Positions 8,760 through 18,011 are shown, counted from the stretch's first letter. The stretch is DNA of 64,000 bases from Actinomycetaceae bacterium (GCA_030538185.1 JAUNUK010000003.1:110125-174124); one strand, 5' to 3'. The notes: generated from the sequence alone by a model not told the origin. Numbers and translations are program-made.

Positions 8760-9698
8760 ATGCGTCACAACTTACGAGGTAACGATTACCTGGCATTCAA
8801 GGACATGACCCGAGAAGAAATTGAGTTCGTCGTAGATCTCTCTTTGGATCTCAAGAAGAAATGGGTGGCACGCGAACCCCACGAATACCTCAGAGGTCAG
8901 GTTTGGGCCGCTCTATTTGAAAAATCTTCCACCCGAACCCGTAACGCATTCCAACGCGCTGCAGCTGACCTTGGGATCACCAGCATCTACCTGCGTCCAG
9001 ACGAACTCCAAAGCGGCAGAGGCGAACCCTTGAAGGACACCGCCAGGATGTTCGACCGCTACTACGATGGCCTGTTCATCAGGACTTTTGGCCATGAAAT
9101 CGTGGAAGAGTACGCACAGTGGATGCAACACCCTGTTATCAATGGTCTAACCTCTTTGGCACACCCCACCCAAGGTATAGCCGACTTGATGACCATCAAG
9201 GAGAAAAAGCGAGACTACCCCGGTTTGAAGATTTGCTATGCCGGAAACCTCTACAACGTTTGCTATACGACCATGATCATGTGCGCAAGCTTCGGAATGA
9301 ACCTGACAGTGGCACGTCCTAACGGTATGGAACCCGAACCCATCATCCTGCAAGAAACCATGCGCAGGGCAGCGGTTAGTGGCGCCAAGATCAACTTCAC
9401 AGATAACTTCGATGAAGCACTTTCAGGTGCGGATATCGTCTACGGCATGTCCCATTACTCGATGGGCCAGCCACCGGAAGAAGTAGAGCAACTAAAGCGT
9501 GCCTTCGCCCCGTACCAAGTCAACAGTGAAGCGATGCGCAAGGCGAAGCCCGATGCGATTTTTATGCACTGTTTGCCGGCATACCGCGGAATTGATGTGA
9601 CGGACGAAGTCATGGAATCTGAGCAATCCATGGTCTGGGATCAAGGAGAAAACCGGATGCACTCTATCAAGGGCATCCTCGCCGCTGTTGCTCTTTAG
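8760..9698 (+). CDS. ATCase/OTCase-family carbamoyltransferase, atypical second-substrate motif
   Basis: It has STRTR, HPTQ and HCLP carbamoyl-phosphate motifs. The OTC motif DxxxSMG reads MSHYSMG, whereas the arcB paralog in this window has DIWVSMG. Confidence 0.75.
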   Translation: MRHNLRGNDYLAFKDMTREEIEFVVDLSLDLKKKWVAREPHEYLRGQVWAALFEKSSTRTRNAFQRAAADLGITSIYLRPDELQSGRGEPLKDTARMFDRYYDGLFIRTFGHEIVEEYAQWMQHPVINGLTSLAHPTQGIADLMTIKEKKRDYPGLKICYAGNLYNVCYTTMIMCASFGMNLTVARPNGMEPEPIILQETMRRAAVSGAKINFTDNFDEALSGADIVYGMSHYSMGQPPEEVEQLKRAFAPYQVNSEAMRKAKPDAIFMHCLPAYRGIDVTDEVMESEQSMVWDQGENRMHSIKGILAAVAL

Positions 9699-9773
9699 AA
9701 GATCCTCGCCATATTCACGGCACACCACCCAAAGGCGGGTAGGTGTTCTTTCTACAAAGATCTTGGAGTAATT

Positions 9774-11294
9774 ATGAAAACCAAGGAAGACTCTAGTAAA
9801 AAAGAAAAGAAACAGCTAAAGTCCCCGAATGCTTACGTCATTATTTTCTTCATTATTTTGGCCGTCGCTATTCTTACCTGGATAATCCCAGGTGGCCAAT
9901 ATGATCTGGATGAAAACGGCAGGGCGATTGGTGGAACCTATGAGTTAGCCAAGGCCAATCCACAGGGCCTATGGGACGTCATCATTGCACCCATTATTGG
10001 CATGGTAGGAAATAAAACCATCTCGGCTGCAATCGTGATCTCTCTCAACGTGCTGCTATTCGGCAGCTTCCTGGAGATGATGGAGACCTCGGGAGCCATT
10101 GGCCTTTTCCTAAAACGAGTTGCCATCAAAAACCAAAACAACTACAACCTGTTGATAGTCCTACTTACGACGATCATGGCTGTGTTCGGAACCGTTCAAG
10201 GCGCATACGAAGAGGGCTTCGTGTACCTTCTGATGTTCCTTCCAATCATCCTGGCTCTGGGCCTAGACACGATGGTTGCCGTCATGATTGTCGTCTTTGG
10301 AACGCAAGCAGGATGTCTGGCCTCCGTAGTCAACCCATTTGCAACCGGCATTGCTTCGGGAATCGCAGGGATCAGCCCCGGGGACGGAATGATTTTGCGT
10401 ATCGTCATCCTCATCGTCATGGTTGCCGTTGTATCCACCTACATTTGCCTATACGCCAAGAAGATTAAGGCAGATCCCAGCAAGTCTCCGCAGTTCTATC
10501 GCAGAGACGAAGACCTGAAGGAATTTGCAGTCGCCACCCAAGAAGACCTGTCTATGAGCAGGCGTCAAAAGGGTGTGTTGGGCATGTTTGCAGGGACCTT
10601 CGCAATCTTGATCGTCTCCCTAGTGCCGTGGGCAAGTTTGCATCCCAGTTGGACATTCTTCAAAGACTTCACGACGTGGATTACTGAAATGCCGATTTTG
10701 GGCACTGTCCTCGGGAAGAGTCTTGTTCCCTTCGGAGACTGGTATTTCAACGAGATTAATGCCTTGCTTATTGTGTCGACGATTATCTCTGGCTTCATTA
10801 TGGGATACAAGATCGATAAGACAATCAATATCATCATTAAAGGTGCAGGAGCGCTTATTGGCACAGCCTTTATCATTCCACTTGCGCGAGGAATACAGGT
10901 AATAATGGACGGAGGGAATGTTACACCAACAATCCTCCACTTTGGAGAGACCACCCTTTCCAGCCTGCCCCCCATGGTGTTTGTGATCGTTTGTTTGGTG
11001 TTCTATCTCGTCATGGCTTCGTTCATACCCAGTTCGACTGGCCTGGCAGCAGCCACAATGTCGATTATGGCTCCCTTGGCAGTCTTTGCGGGAGTAAAAG
11101 AAGAAATCATGGTGGACATCTACTTAATGGCTCTAGGGATGGCAAAGATGATCATGCCCACCTCTATTGTCGTCATGACCTGCACTCAAGCGGCGCATGT
11201 CAACTATGGAACATGGGTAAAAACAAACTGGAAATTTGTCTTAGTTTTATTTGCTATCTGCAGCGTATTCCTGCTTATTGGAATACTTCTGTAA
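9774..11294 (+). CDS. YfcC/DcuC-family anaerobic carrier (putative substrate/product antiporter)
   Basis: This is a 506-aa polytopic protein. Segments resemble E. coli YfcC as I remember it (EEGFVYLLMFLPIILALGLD, NPFATGIASGIAG). Confidence 0.75.
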   Translation: MKTKEDSSKKEKKQLKSPNAYVIIFFIILAVAILTWIIPGGQYDLDENGRAIGGTYELAKANPQGLWDVIIAPIIGMVGNKTISAAIVISLNVLLFGSFLEMMETSGAIGLFLKRVAIKNQNNYNLLIVLLTTIMAVFGTVQGAYEEGFVYLLMFLPIILALGLDTMVAVMIVVFGTQAGCLASVVNPFATGIASGIAGISPGDGMILRIVILIVMVAVVSTYICLYAKKIKADPSKSPQFYRRDEDLKEFAVATQEDLSMSRRQKGVLGMFAGTFAILIVSLVPWASLHPSWTFFKDFTTWITEMPILGTVLGKSLVPFGDWYFNEINALLIVSTIISGFIMGYKIDKTINIIIKGAGALIGTAFIIPLARGIQVIMDGGNVTPTILHFGETTLSSLPPMVFVIVCLVFYLVMASFIPSSTGLAAATMSIMAPLAVFAGVKEEIMVDIYLMALGMAKMIMPTSIVVMTCTQAAHVNYGTWVKTNWKFVLVLFAICSVFLLIGILL

Positions 11295-11326
11295 TATCCA
11301 AAATTTATACACACCAGGAGGAAACA

Positions 11327-12178
11327 ATGGAAAAGACCTTTGTAAGCAATGCGACAAATGTACTCAAAAGTGTGCTTGTGTGTTCTCCACAGTACTACGT
11401 ATTCAATGCTATAAACGAAATCACGAAAAGCTGGATGGAGAAAGGAGAAACCGAACAAAATGACCTGATGGTCAAAGAATGGAAGGAGCTAATGGATGCC
11501 TACCGAGCCAACGGAGTGACCGTTCACGAGATGGAACCAGATCCTTCCATGCAAATCCAAACCTTTGCCCGCGACTTTGGGGCGTGCATCAAGGAAGGGG
11601 CCATCATCGGCAAATTCCGCCACCCTGCTCGACAGGTCGAAACCGTAGCCTACGAGGCAAGGTTGAAGGAGCTCGGTGTCCCTATCGTTGCTCGCTGTAA
11701 CGCAGGATGTTTCGAAGGCGGAGACTTTTGGATGATCGATGAGCACACACTCGCCTTTGGCCTCGTAGACCGAACTGACCTGGCAGGGGTAGCTAACCTT
11801 CGAGAACAACTCGAAAAATTCGGGTACACCGTAATCGGGGTTCCAGTACCCCCAGCGAACCTTCACCTGGACATGGTTTTCAATATTGTGGCAGAGAAGG
11901 TCTGTCTAGCTGCCCTTGAACAACTTCCCTACAATTTTATACAAATGCTCAAGCGCAGGAACTTTGAGATCATTCCCGTGGAAAGCGAATTGGTCTTCAA
12001 ACATGGCTGCAATGTTCAAGCTCTGGGCGAAGGCAAAGTCCTTGGCATCACCAACAATGCGACTGTCAATCAGCGGATGAAAGCTCTGGGGATCGATGTT
12101 GTGGAAGTCGATTTGATGCAAATCCTTAAGGCAGGTGGCGGACCCCACTGCATGTCATTCCCTGTTGAGAGGCCCTGA
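11327..12178 (+). CDS. small guanidino-group-modifying hydrolase (amidinotransferase/DDAH/arginine-deiminase superfamily)
   Basis: ATG 11327 follows an AGGAGG Shine-Dalgarno. It has an ADI-like LHLDMVFN motif and a C-terminal catalytic-Cys motif GGGPHCMSFPV. At 284 aa it is much shorter than canonical ArcA. Confidence 0.7.
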   Translation: MEKTFVSNATNVLKSVLVCSPQYYVFNAINEITKSWMEKGETEQNDLMVKEWKELMDAYRANGVTVHEMEPDPSMQIQTFARDFGACIKEGAIIGKFRHPARQVETVAYEARLKELGVPIVARCNAGCFEGGDFWMIDEHTLAFGLVDRTDLAGVANLREQLEKFGYTVIGVPVPPANLHLDMVFNIVAEKVCLAALEQLPYNFIQMLKRRNFEIIPVESELVFKHGCNVQALGEGKVLGITNNATVNQRMKALGIDVVEVDLMQILKAGGGPHCMSFPVERP

Positions 12179-12179
12179 T

Positions 12180-13166
12180 ATGAAAGTCCTGATCAGTGAC
12201 TACAAGGACTCCATGATGCCGGAGCACAACTACGAGATTGAGGTGTTAAAGGCTGGTCTTCCCAACGTTGACGTCGAGGTATATGAATACACTGATGCAA
12301 ACCGTTTGAGCTTCATCGAAAAAATCGGCTCAGTTGATGCTTTACTAACGGCCTTTATTCCCATAGACAAGGCCATTTTGGACAACGCTCCAGTGCTGAA
12401 GGTCATTTCCTTGAACGCCACAGGCTACGACAATGTGGATCTCACGGAGGCCACCAAACACAGCATCGGGGTTTGTCCTGTGGGGGAATACTGCACTCAG
12501 GACGTAGCCGAACACACCATCGCGCTCATGCTAAGCCTGAACAAGAATCTCAAGTATTACGCCTACTCAATAGAACGGTCTTTCAAATGGGCTTTCGATG
12601 CGGCACCTGCCCCTGTCCGCATAGGTAATCAAACCTTGGGGATCTTTGGTCTCGGACGCATAGGGAGAGCCGTTGCAAGCAAGGCTCAGTGTCTGGGCAT
12701 GAAGGTCATAGCGCATGACCCGTTTGTTAACGCTGCAGAAGCGCAAGCATTGGGAGTCGAGTTAACCGATCTCAAAGATCTGCTCAGGCGTTCGGATGTT
12801 ATTTCAAACCACATGAATCTGGGAGAGGAGACTACACATTATTTTACCGATGCAGAATTCAAAGCAATGGCGCGTCGTCCCATATTTCTCAACCTGGGAC
12901 GAGGCTTGAGTGTCGATGAGGCCGCTTTGGTTGAGGCCCTTGATACAGGACAGGTTCGCGCAGCTGGTTTGGATGTACTGACGAACGAACGACCAGTCTT
13001 AGAAGGGCACCCCCTGACAAATAGACCAAATGTCATTATCACGCCACATTCAGCCTTTTACTCTGAGGAGTCATTCATAGATATTCAAAGAATTTCTTGT
13101 CAAAACATCGTCAACTATTTGACAAACAAGAAAGACAAAGTATTCAAACTAGTGAACGATGTGTGA
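12180..13166 (+). CDS. D-isomer-specific 2-hydroxyacid dehydrogenase
   Basis: It has the NAD motif GIFGLGRIGRAV...AHD, the catalytic region NLGRG...E...ITPHSAF, and its start lies 1 nt after the upstream stop. Confidence 0.8.
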   Translation: MKVLISDYKDSMMPEHNYEIEVLKAGLPNVDVEVYEYTDANRLSFIEKIGSVDALLTAFIPIDKAILDNAPVLKVISLNATGYDNVDLTEATKHSIGVCPVGEYCTQDVAEHTIALMLSLNKNLKYYAYSIERSFKWAFDAAPAPVRIGNQTLGIFGLGRIGRAVASKAQCLGMKVIAHDPFVNAAEAQALGVELTDLKDLLRRSDVISNHMNLGEETTHYFTDAEFKAMARRPIFLNLGRGLSVDEAALVEALDTGQVRAAGLDVLTNERPVLEGHPLTNRPNVIITPHSAFYSEESFIDIQRISCQNIVNYLTNKKDKVFKLVNDV

Positions 13167-13178
13167 AATGGTTTTTGG

Positions 13179-14564
13179 GTGGCACGCATTATCGTGCCAC
13201 CCAAAAACAAGAGGGAGTCACACGTGAATGAGACCACAGTCTCAAGGTCAAGGCTACTGAAGTTCTCAGCGGTGGCCTTGGTTGGCTTGGGCGCATTTAC
13301 TGTGCCTTTTCCGTACCAAGGCTCTGTCACCATTGCAGTTGGAGCCATTACTGATGTATTAACTTACATTTCACAAGGTGCCATTGATTTTGTTTTGATA
13401 TTCCTTACCTCCATCTCGACTATAGGCTCAGTCCTAGCCACGATCCTCAAACAGTTAAATAAGCTGAATCCTGAAAGCCAATTTCAAAAACTCTTTTACA
13501 CGACCCCGATATACCTGGTAACCAAGCTTATTGCCTTCGCCCTTTTAGTCGCCTATTACTCAAATTTCACGACCGACGTCTTGCCACTTTCTGAACCAAC
13601 AACACAGATGATCTCTTTGGCTAAGACTCTTATTGCCTTGGCAGTTTCCCTCAGTTTCTTGCTTCCTTTCCTCACCGAAGGAGGCTTGATGGAGTTCATT
13701 GGAGAACTCACCAAACCCTTTGTTCAACCCCTGTTCAAGGTGCCCTCGCACGCATCACTGGATCTCATAGCTTCCTGGTTGGGCGCATCAAGTGCCGCAG
13801 TGATCTTGTCGGCTGAAAAATATAGAGAGGGCTACTATTCAAAGCGAGAAGTAGCCAATGTCATGTGCAACTTCTCTCTGGTTTCCATTCCCTTTTGCTT
13901 GGTGGTTGCGAAGGCAGCAAGGGTCGATCAGTATTTCTCAATCATGTACCTGCTTTTGTGCGTATTAGGTGTAATCCTCGCAATAATTGCTCCACGGATT
14001 TACCCTCTGAACCGGATTGAAGACACTTTCATAGGAACCAGGACCAAACTTATTCCTCCAAGTTCCGACAAGCATATCCTTGCACGTGCTCTGGACTTGG
14101 GGTGCCAGCAAGTCCAACACTTCACCTGGCGCCTCCTGCTTCGCTCTGGCACACAAGTGTGTTTAGGAATTTGCCTAAACCTTGTGCCCATAGTCATCGC
14201 CTGGGGTGTTGCAGGACTTCTCGTAGTTCAACACACGCCCCTGTTGAACTGGATAGCCTTCCCCATGGGGCTGTTGCTCGAAGTAATGGGCGTTCAAAGC
14301 GCTGCATCTGTTGCCCCTGCAACCTTGGCAGGTTTCGTGGATATGTTTATACCCGCACTGCTCATAGGGGATGTCGAACCGACCGCGACACGATTCATTA
14401 TCGCCACCCTGTCCTTGATCCAAATCATCTACATCACAGAAGTCGGTGTCATCATTATCAAAACTGACGTTGGCCTCAATTTTTGGAAACTCTTCATCAT
14501 CTTCATTGAACGCACCCTAATCTCCTTGCCGCTCATCGTCCTAGTAGCGAAACTCATCTTCTAA
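13179..14564 (+). CDS. polytopic membrane protein, nucleoside-recognition (Gate)/YjiH-like putative transporter
   Basis: This is a 461-aa ORF with many hydrophobic segments and is the last gene of the AT-richer operon. The family assignment is from memory of YjiH-type proteins and the start codon is uncertain. Confidence 0.5.
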   Translation: MARIIVPPKNKRESHVNETTVSRSRLLKFSAVALVGLGAFTVPFPYQGSVTIAVGAITDVLTYISQGAIDFVLIFLTSISTIGSVLATILKQLNKLNPESQFQKLFYTTPIYLVTKLIAFALLVAYYSNFTTDVLPLSEPTTQMISLAKTLIALAVSLSFLLPFLTEGGLMEFIGELTKPFVQPLFKVPSHASLDLIASWLGASSAAVILSAEKYREGYYSKREVANVMCNFSLVSIPFCLVVAKAARVDQYFSIMYLLLCVLGVILAIIAPRIYPLNRIEDTFIGTRTKLIPPSSDKHILARALDLGCQQVQHFTWRLLLRSGTQVCLGICLNLVPIVIAWGVAGLLVVQHTPLLNWIAFPMGLLLEVMGVQSAASVAPATLAGFVDMFIPALLIGDVEPTATRFIIATLSLIQIIYITEVGVIIIKTDVGLNFWKLFIIFIERTLISLPLIVLVAKLIF

Positions 14565-14623
14565 TGCTGTAAGGACCCCTCACGCATCTGTTGAATACCT
14601 TCGTTATCCCATACAATCGACAC

Positions 14624-15949
14624 ATGCCTCAATCCCTGCAGATCTCTGCTGCCACGGTCGATCCTGCACTCCTAGACCTGCCTTGGGACATTGCCTTAGA
14701 ACAGTGGCCAGCCCACCATTTAGCCACTTTACCCAGGGGTATTTCTCGTCACGTAGTGCGTTTCGTGAACTTGTCTGGACGCATTATCGCGGTGAAGGAA
14801 ATCAGCGGGATCGTCGCGCGAGGGGAATATGACCTCTTGTGGGAGCTAGACAGATTGGGTGCGCCCTCCGTGCAAGCTACAGCGGTCATTACCGGACGCA
14901 CAGATGCCAAAGGTGAAGAGCTCAACTCCGCCCTCGTCACTGAGCATTTGTCGTATTCCTTGCCTTATCGCGCCCTCTTTAGCCAAAATATGCGCCCTGA
15001 AACGGCAACCCGCCTCATCGACTCTTTGGCGGTCCTCTTGGTGCGGCTGCACTTACTGGGCTTCTACTGGGGGGATGTCTCCCTGTCCAACACGCTCTTC
15101 CGCCGAGACGCCGGGGCGTTTGCCGCCTACCTGGTGGATGCGGAAACTGGGGAGCTACACCCCGAGGGACTAAGCAATGGCCAGCGCAACTATGACGTGG
15201 ACTTAGCGCGCACCAATATCATTGGCGAACTGATGGACTTGCAGGCCGGGGCCCTACTGGAACCCAATGTGGACACAATCGATGTGGGCAACCGGATTGT
15301 GGAACGCTATGAAACCCTGTGGGAGGAACTGACCGCGCGCGAATCCTTCACGGTCAAAGAACGCTGGCGGGTCCAAGAGCGCATCAGGCGCCTCAACGAT
15401 CTGGGGTTCGATGTGGGCGAACTGTCCATCACTCAAGATCCGACCACCGTTGGCCAAGCCAAACTATCCATTGAACCGAAGGTCGTGGATGCGGGGCACT
15501 ATCAGCGGCAAATCATGCGTCTGACAGGTCTGGATGTGCAAGAAAACCAAGGTCGGCGCATGCTCAATAACCTTCAGACGTATATTACGTTCAGCGGGAA
15601 AGAAAAGCTGCCCATTGAACTGGCCGCACACCAGTGGCTAGCCGAGGTTTTTGAACCCACAGTTCACGCCGTCCCCCCCGAACTATCCTCAAAGCTGGAA
15701 CCCGCCGAAATCTTCCATGAGGTCTTGGAACACCGCTGGTACCTCTCCGAGGAACGCAAAAAAGAAGTCCCCTTGCCCGAAGCTGTGAAATCTTACGTTA
15801 AGAAAGTGCTCATCAACCGGCCAGATGAGGCGGCCATGCTGGACCTGCCAAAAGAGACCGCAGATGGTTTTGATGGCATTAGTATCGAGGACACCACCAG
15901 CTACAGCCAAGATGATGGCTTCAAAGAAAGCGAGGAGCCAGTTGTTTAG
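14624..15949 (+). CDS. DUF4032 / lipopolysaccharide-kinase-like protein conserved in actinobacteria
   Basis: It has a kinase-like core (GFYWGDVSLSNTLFRRDAGAFAAYLVDAETGE). I prefer ATG 14624 over TTG 14591. Confidence 0.6.
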   Translation: MPQSLQISAATVDPALLDLPWDIALEQWPAHHLATLPRGISRHVVRFVNLSGRIIAVKEISGIVARGEYDLLWELDRLGAPSVQATAVITGRTDAKGEELNSALVTEHLSYSLPYRALFSQNMRPETATRLIDSLAVLLVRLHLLGFYWGDVSLSNTLFRRDAGAFAAYLVDAETGELHPEGLSNGQRNYDVDLARTNIIGELMDLQAGALLEPNVDTIDVGNRIVERYETLWEELTARESFTVKERWRVQERIRRLNDLGFDVGELSITQDPTTVGQAKLSIEPKVVDAGHYQRQIMRLTGLDVQENQGRRMLNNLQTYITFSGKEKLPIELAAHQWLAEVFEPTVHAVPPELSSKLEPAEIFHEVLEHRWYLSEERKKEVPLPEAVKSYVKKVLINRPDEAAMLDLPKETADGFDGISIEDTTSYSQDDGFKESEEPVV

Positions 15950-15953
15950 CAGA

Positions 15954-16679
15954 ATGCCCAGGATTTACGCACATCGGGGTATGTGCCTACAGGCTCCTGA
16001 AAATACCTTGGCCGCCTTTCGTATGGCTAAAGAGGCAGGCGCAGGATGGATCGAAACCGATGTCGACGTGACCAGTGATGGCACCCCCATCATCATTCAT
16101 GACACAGATCTGGACCGCACCACCAACCGAAGCGGCTCCATATATGACCTGGGGGCCGATGACCTTGAGGGAATCGACGCCGGTTCCTGGTTTTCTTCCG
16201 ATTTCGAGGGCGAACCCCTACCGACCCTGACCCAATTGGTGGATCTGATGAACGAGATCCACTTATCGGCAAATATTGAGCTAAAGTCACATGAAACCGG
16301 AGCTGCCCTGTCCAGGTCTTTAATCTGGAATACGATTGGCGAACTGATGCGTCTCAAGCGCGGCGCTCACGTCGTGGTTTCCTCCTTCAACCCCCTGCTG
16401 CTGGCGGAGTTCAAACGTGCGGCCCCCCAGTGGCCGGTTGCTTGGCTTACGACCCGCGAAACATTTGCTTCAGATTGGCGTTCCATGCTGGAACTCATTG
16501 ATGCCGACTATTTGCATCCCGAGGACGCCTCCCTTACACGCGAAAAAGTGCGTATGGTGCGCGCGGCAGGGTTCGGGGTCAATGTGTGGACCGTGAACTC
16601 TCGTGCAAGGGCCAATGAGCTAAAGAATTGGGGCGTAACCGGGATTATTACCGATCGCGCGGACCATTTGCTGAATTAG
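15954..16679 (+). CDS. glycerophosphodiester phosphodiesterase
   Basis: It has GDPD motifs (YAHRG...ENTLAAF, ETDV, IIHD). ATG 15954 lies just after the upstream stop. Confidence 0.85.
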   Translation: MPRIYAHRGMCLQAPENTLAAFRMAKEAGAGWIETDVDVTSDGTPIIIHDTDLDRTTNRSGSIYDLGADDLEGIDAGSWFSSDFEGEPLPTLTQLVDLMNEIHLSANIELKSHETGAALSRSLIWNTIGELMRLKRGAHVVVSSFNPLLLAEFKRAAPQWPVAWLTTRETFASDWRSMLELIDADYLHPEDASLTREKVRMVRAAGFGVNVWTVNSRARANELKNWGVTGIITDRADHLLN

Positions 16680-16691
16680 TTGACTTAGTTG

Positions 16692-18011
16692 TCAGGAGTC
16701 CAAGCGCGAAGCTCGGCGCTGTTCCAGTTCTTCTAGACGCCTGCTTTCCTTGGTGCCCAAGTACTTCGCGACGACGACCTCTCCTATGGCGTCCAATATG
16801 ATAACCACGCCACCTACAGAGGTGAGGAACTTGCCCAGTCCACCCATGCGTTGGGACTTCAGTGCCTTGAATACCAGTGCCCCGCCGGCAAGAGCTTGCA
16901 AAGCAGCAAAGATACGCACAATCCAAGGATTTTCGATGGCAACCTTGTGGTACATCGACCAGTAGGTCGATGAAGAAAAAGCAGGATCTGTCAAGATGAC
17001 ATCAACCGAACGCCCCAAGGCGTGTGTCATGCCTTTGTCTTCATGAACATCTGCGTCCTCAAGTTTTTCCGCAGGCAGGTTGCCCTTCAAGAAATCAATA
17101 ACCTCACCAGGCAGCCTTACAGCTCGGCACATGGCGAGGAACCCTACGGTTCCAGGTGTCTCTAAGGCGGTAATAACGGCCTTTGCATCAACCTCACCTA
17201 GTGCTTCATGAATCGCATCAACCAACCTGGCGCGTCCAACGAGGGAAGCAATCAGGTTTTTCGTCTCCGGATCGATGGCCTGGGGTTTGGAGCCCGCCAG
17301 GAGTATAGAATCCATTGCCCAGGTGTGCCCATCCCACGCCGCGCTGCCCTCGTCTGCGGCTTTCCAGATGCGAAGCGTTTGCTCGTCAGGAGACCATCGC
17401 AGCTCGATGACAGGAACCTCTGTCAAGCTCCAGGCCACTTTCGAGGCAGGTTCTTCTGGTCCTCGCTGCCACAAAACTAGTCTGCGGTCATCGTCGTAAT
17501 CCATGCAATGCAAGGTTTGGCCTTCTGCGGTTGCCCTGACCGGGATCGCTGCCGCCGCCATATGGGTGATTTCAACCGTACGCAACACCTGGGATGCTGC
17601 CTGTTCTTCTTCATCCACGACAGGAGGGGTGGTGTCTTGCGGATAATTGTCTATCGCCACCTGACCAATGCGCACATCGGCCTTGAAGGTCGAGGCCAGA
17701 GATAAAACCAGTTCTTCAAGGTCCAGACCTGGCTCCAAGGCGCCTTTTTTAATTACGGCGACCCGTGAGTCCGCGTCACAGGCCAGGGTGATGGACAACA
17801 AATGAGGGGTTGCTGGATACCATTCCAGGCAGGCCACGATGTCTTGGTCCTTGAGGAAGTCAGCGACCTGCGCAGGCGTAACCTCAGCCAAAACCACCAT
17901 GCCCTCGGTGCGATTCCACTGGGCGCCAAGGGCTTCATCCTGAGTATTCAAGGTCTCCTGCGCAACACGTAAATCTTCATGTGTCTGGTCAAGATCTGTT
18001 GACTTTTCCAT
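16692..18011 (-). CDS. hypothetical protein with C-terminal membrane hairpin
   Basis: ATG 18011 is preceded by GGAGGAATCT. I recognise no family. Two hydrophobic segments lie near the C-terminus (IVRIFAALQALAGGALVF, LTSVGGVVIILDAIGEVVV). Confidence 0.55.
   Translation of the reverse strand: MEKSTDLDQTHEDLRVAQETLNTQDEALGAQWNRTEGMVVLAEVTPAQVADFLKDQDIVACLEWYPATPHLLSITLACDADSRVAVIKKGALEPGLDLEELVLSLASTFKADVRIGQVAIDNYPQDTTPPVVDEEEQAASQVLRTVEITHMAAAAIPVRATAEGQTLHCMDYDDDRRLVLWQRGPEEPASKVAWSLTEVPVIELRWSPDEQTLRIWKAADEGSAAWDGHTWAMDSILLAGSKPQAIDPETKNLIASLVGRARLVDAIHEALGEVDAKAVITALETPGTVGFLAMCRAVRLPGEVIDFLKGNLPAEKLEDADVHEDKGMTHALGRSVDVILTDPAFSSSTYWSMYHKVAIENPWIVRIFAALQALAGGALVFKALKSQRMGGLGKFLTSVGGVVIILDAIGEVVVAKYLGTKESRRLEELEQRRASRLDS

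Noticed and set aside
10991-11326. Upstream extension of the hydrolase ORF (start 10991)
   Set aside because: It overlaps the 3' end of the YfcC gene in another frame. ATG 11327 has a perfect AGGAGG, and the homologous domain begins there.
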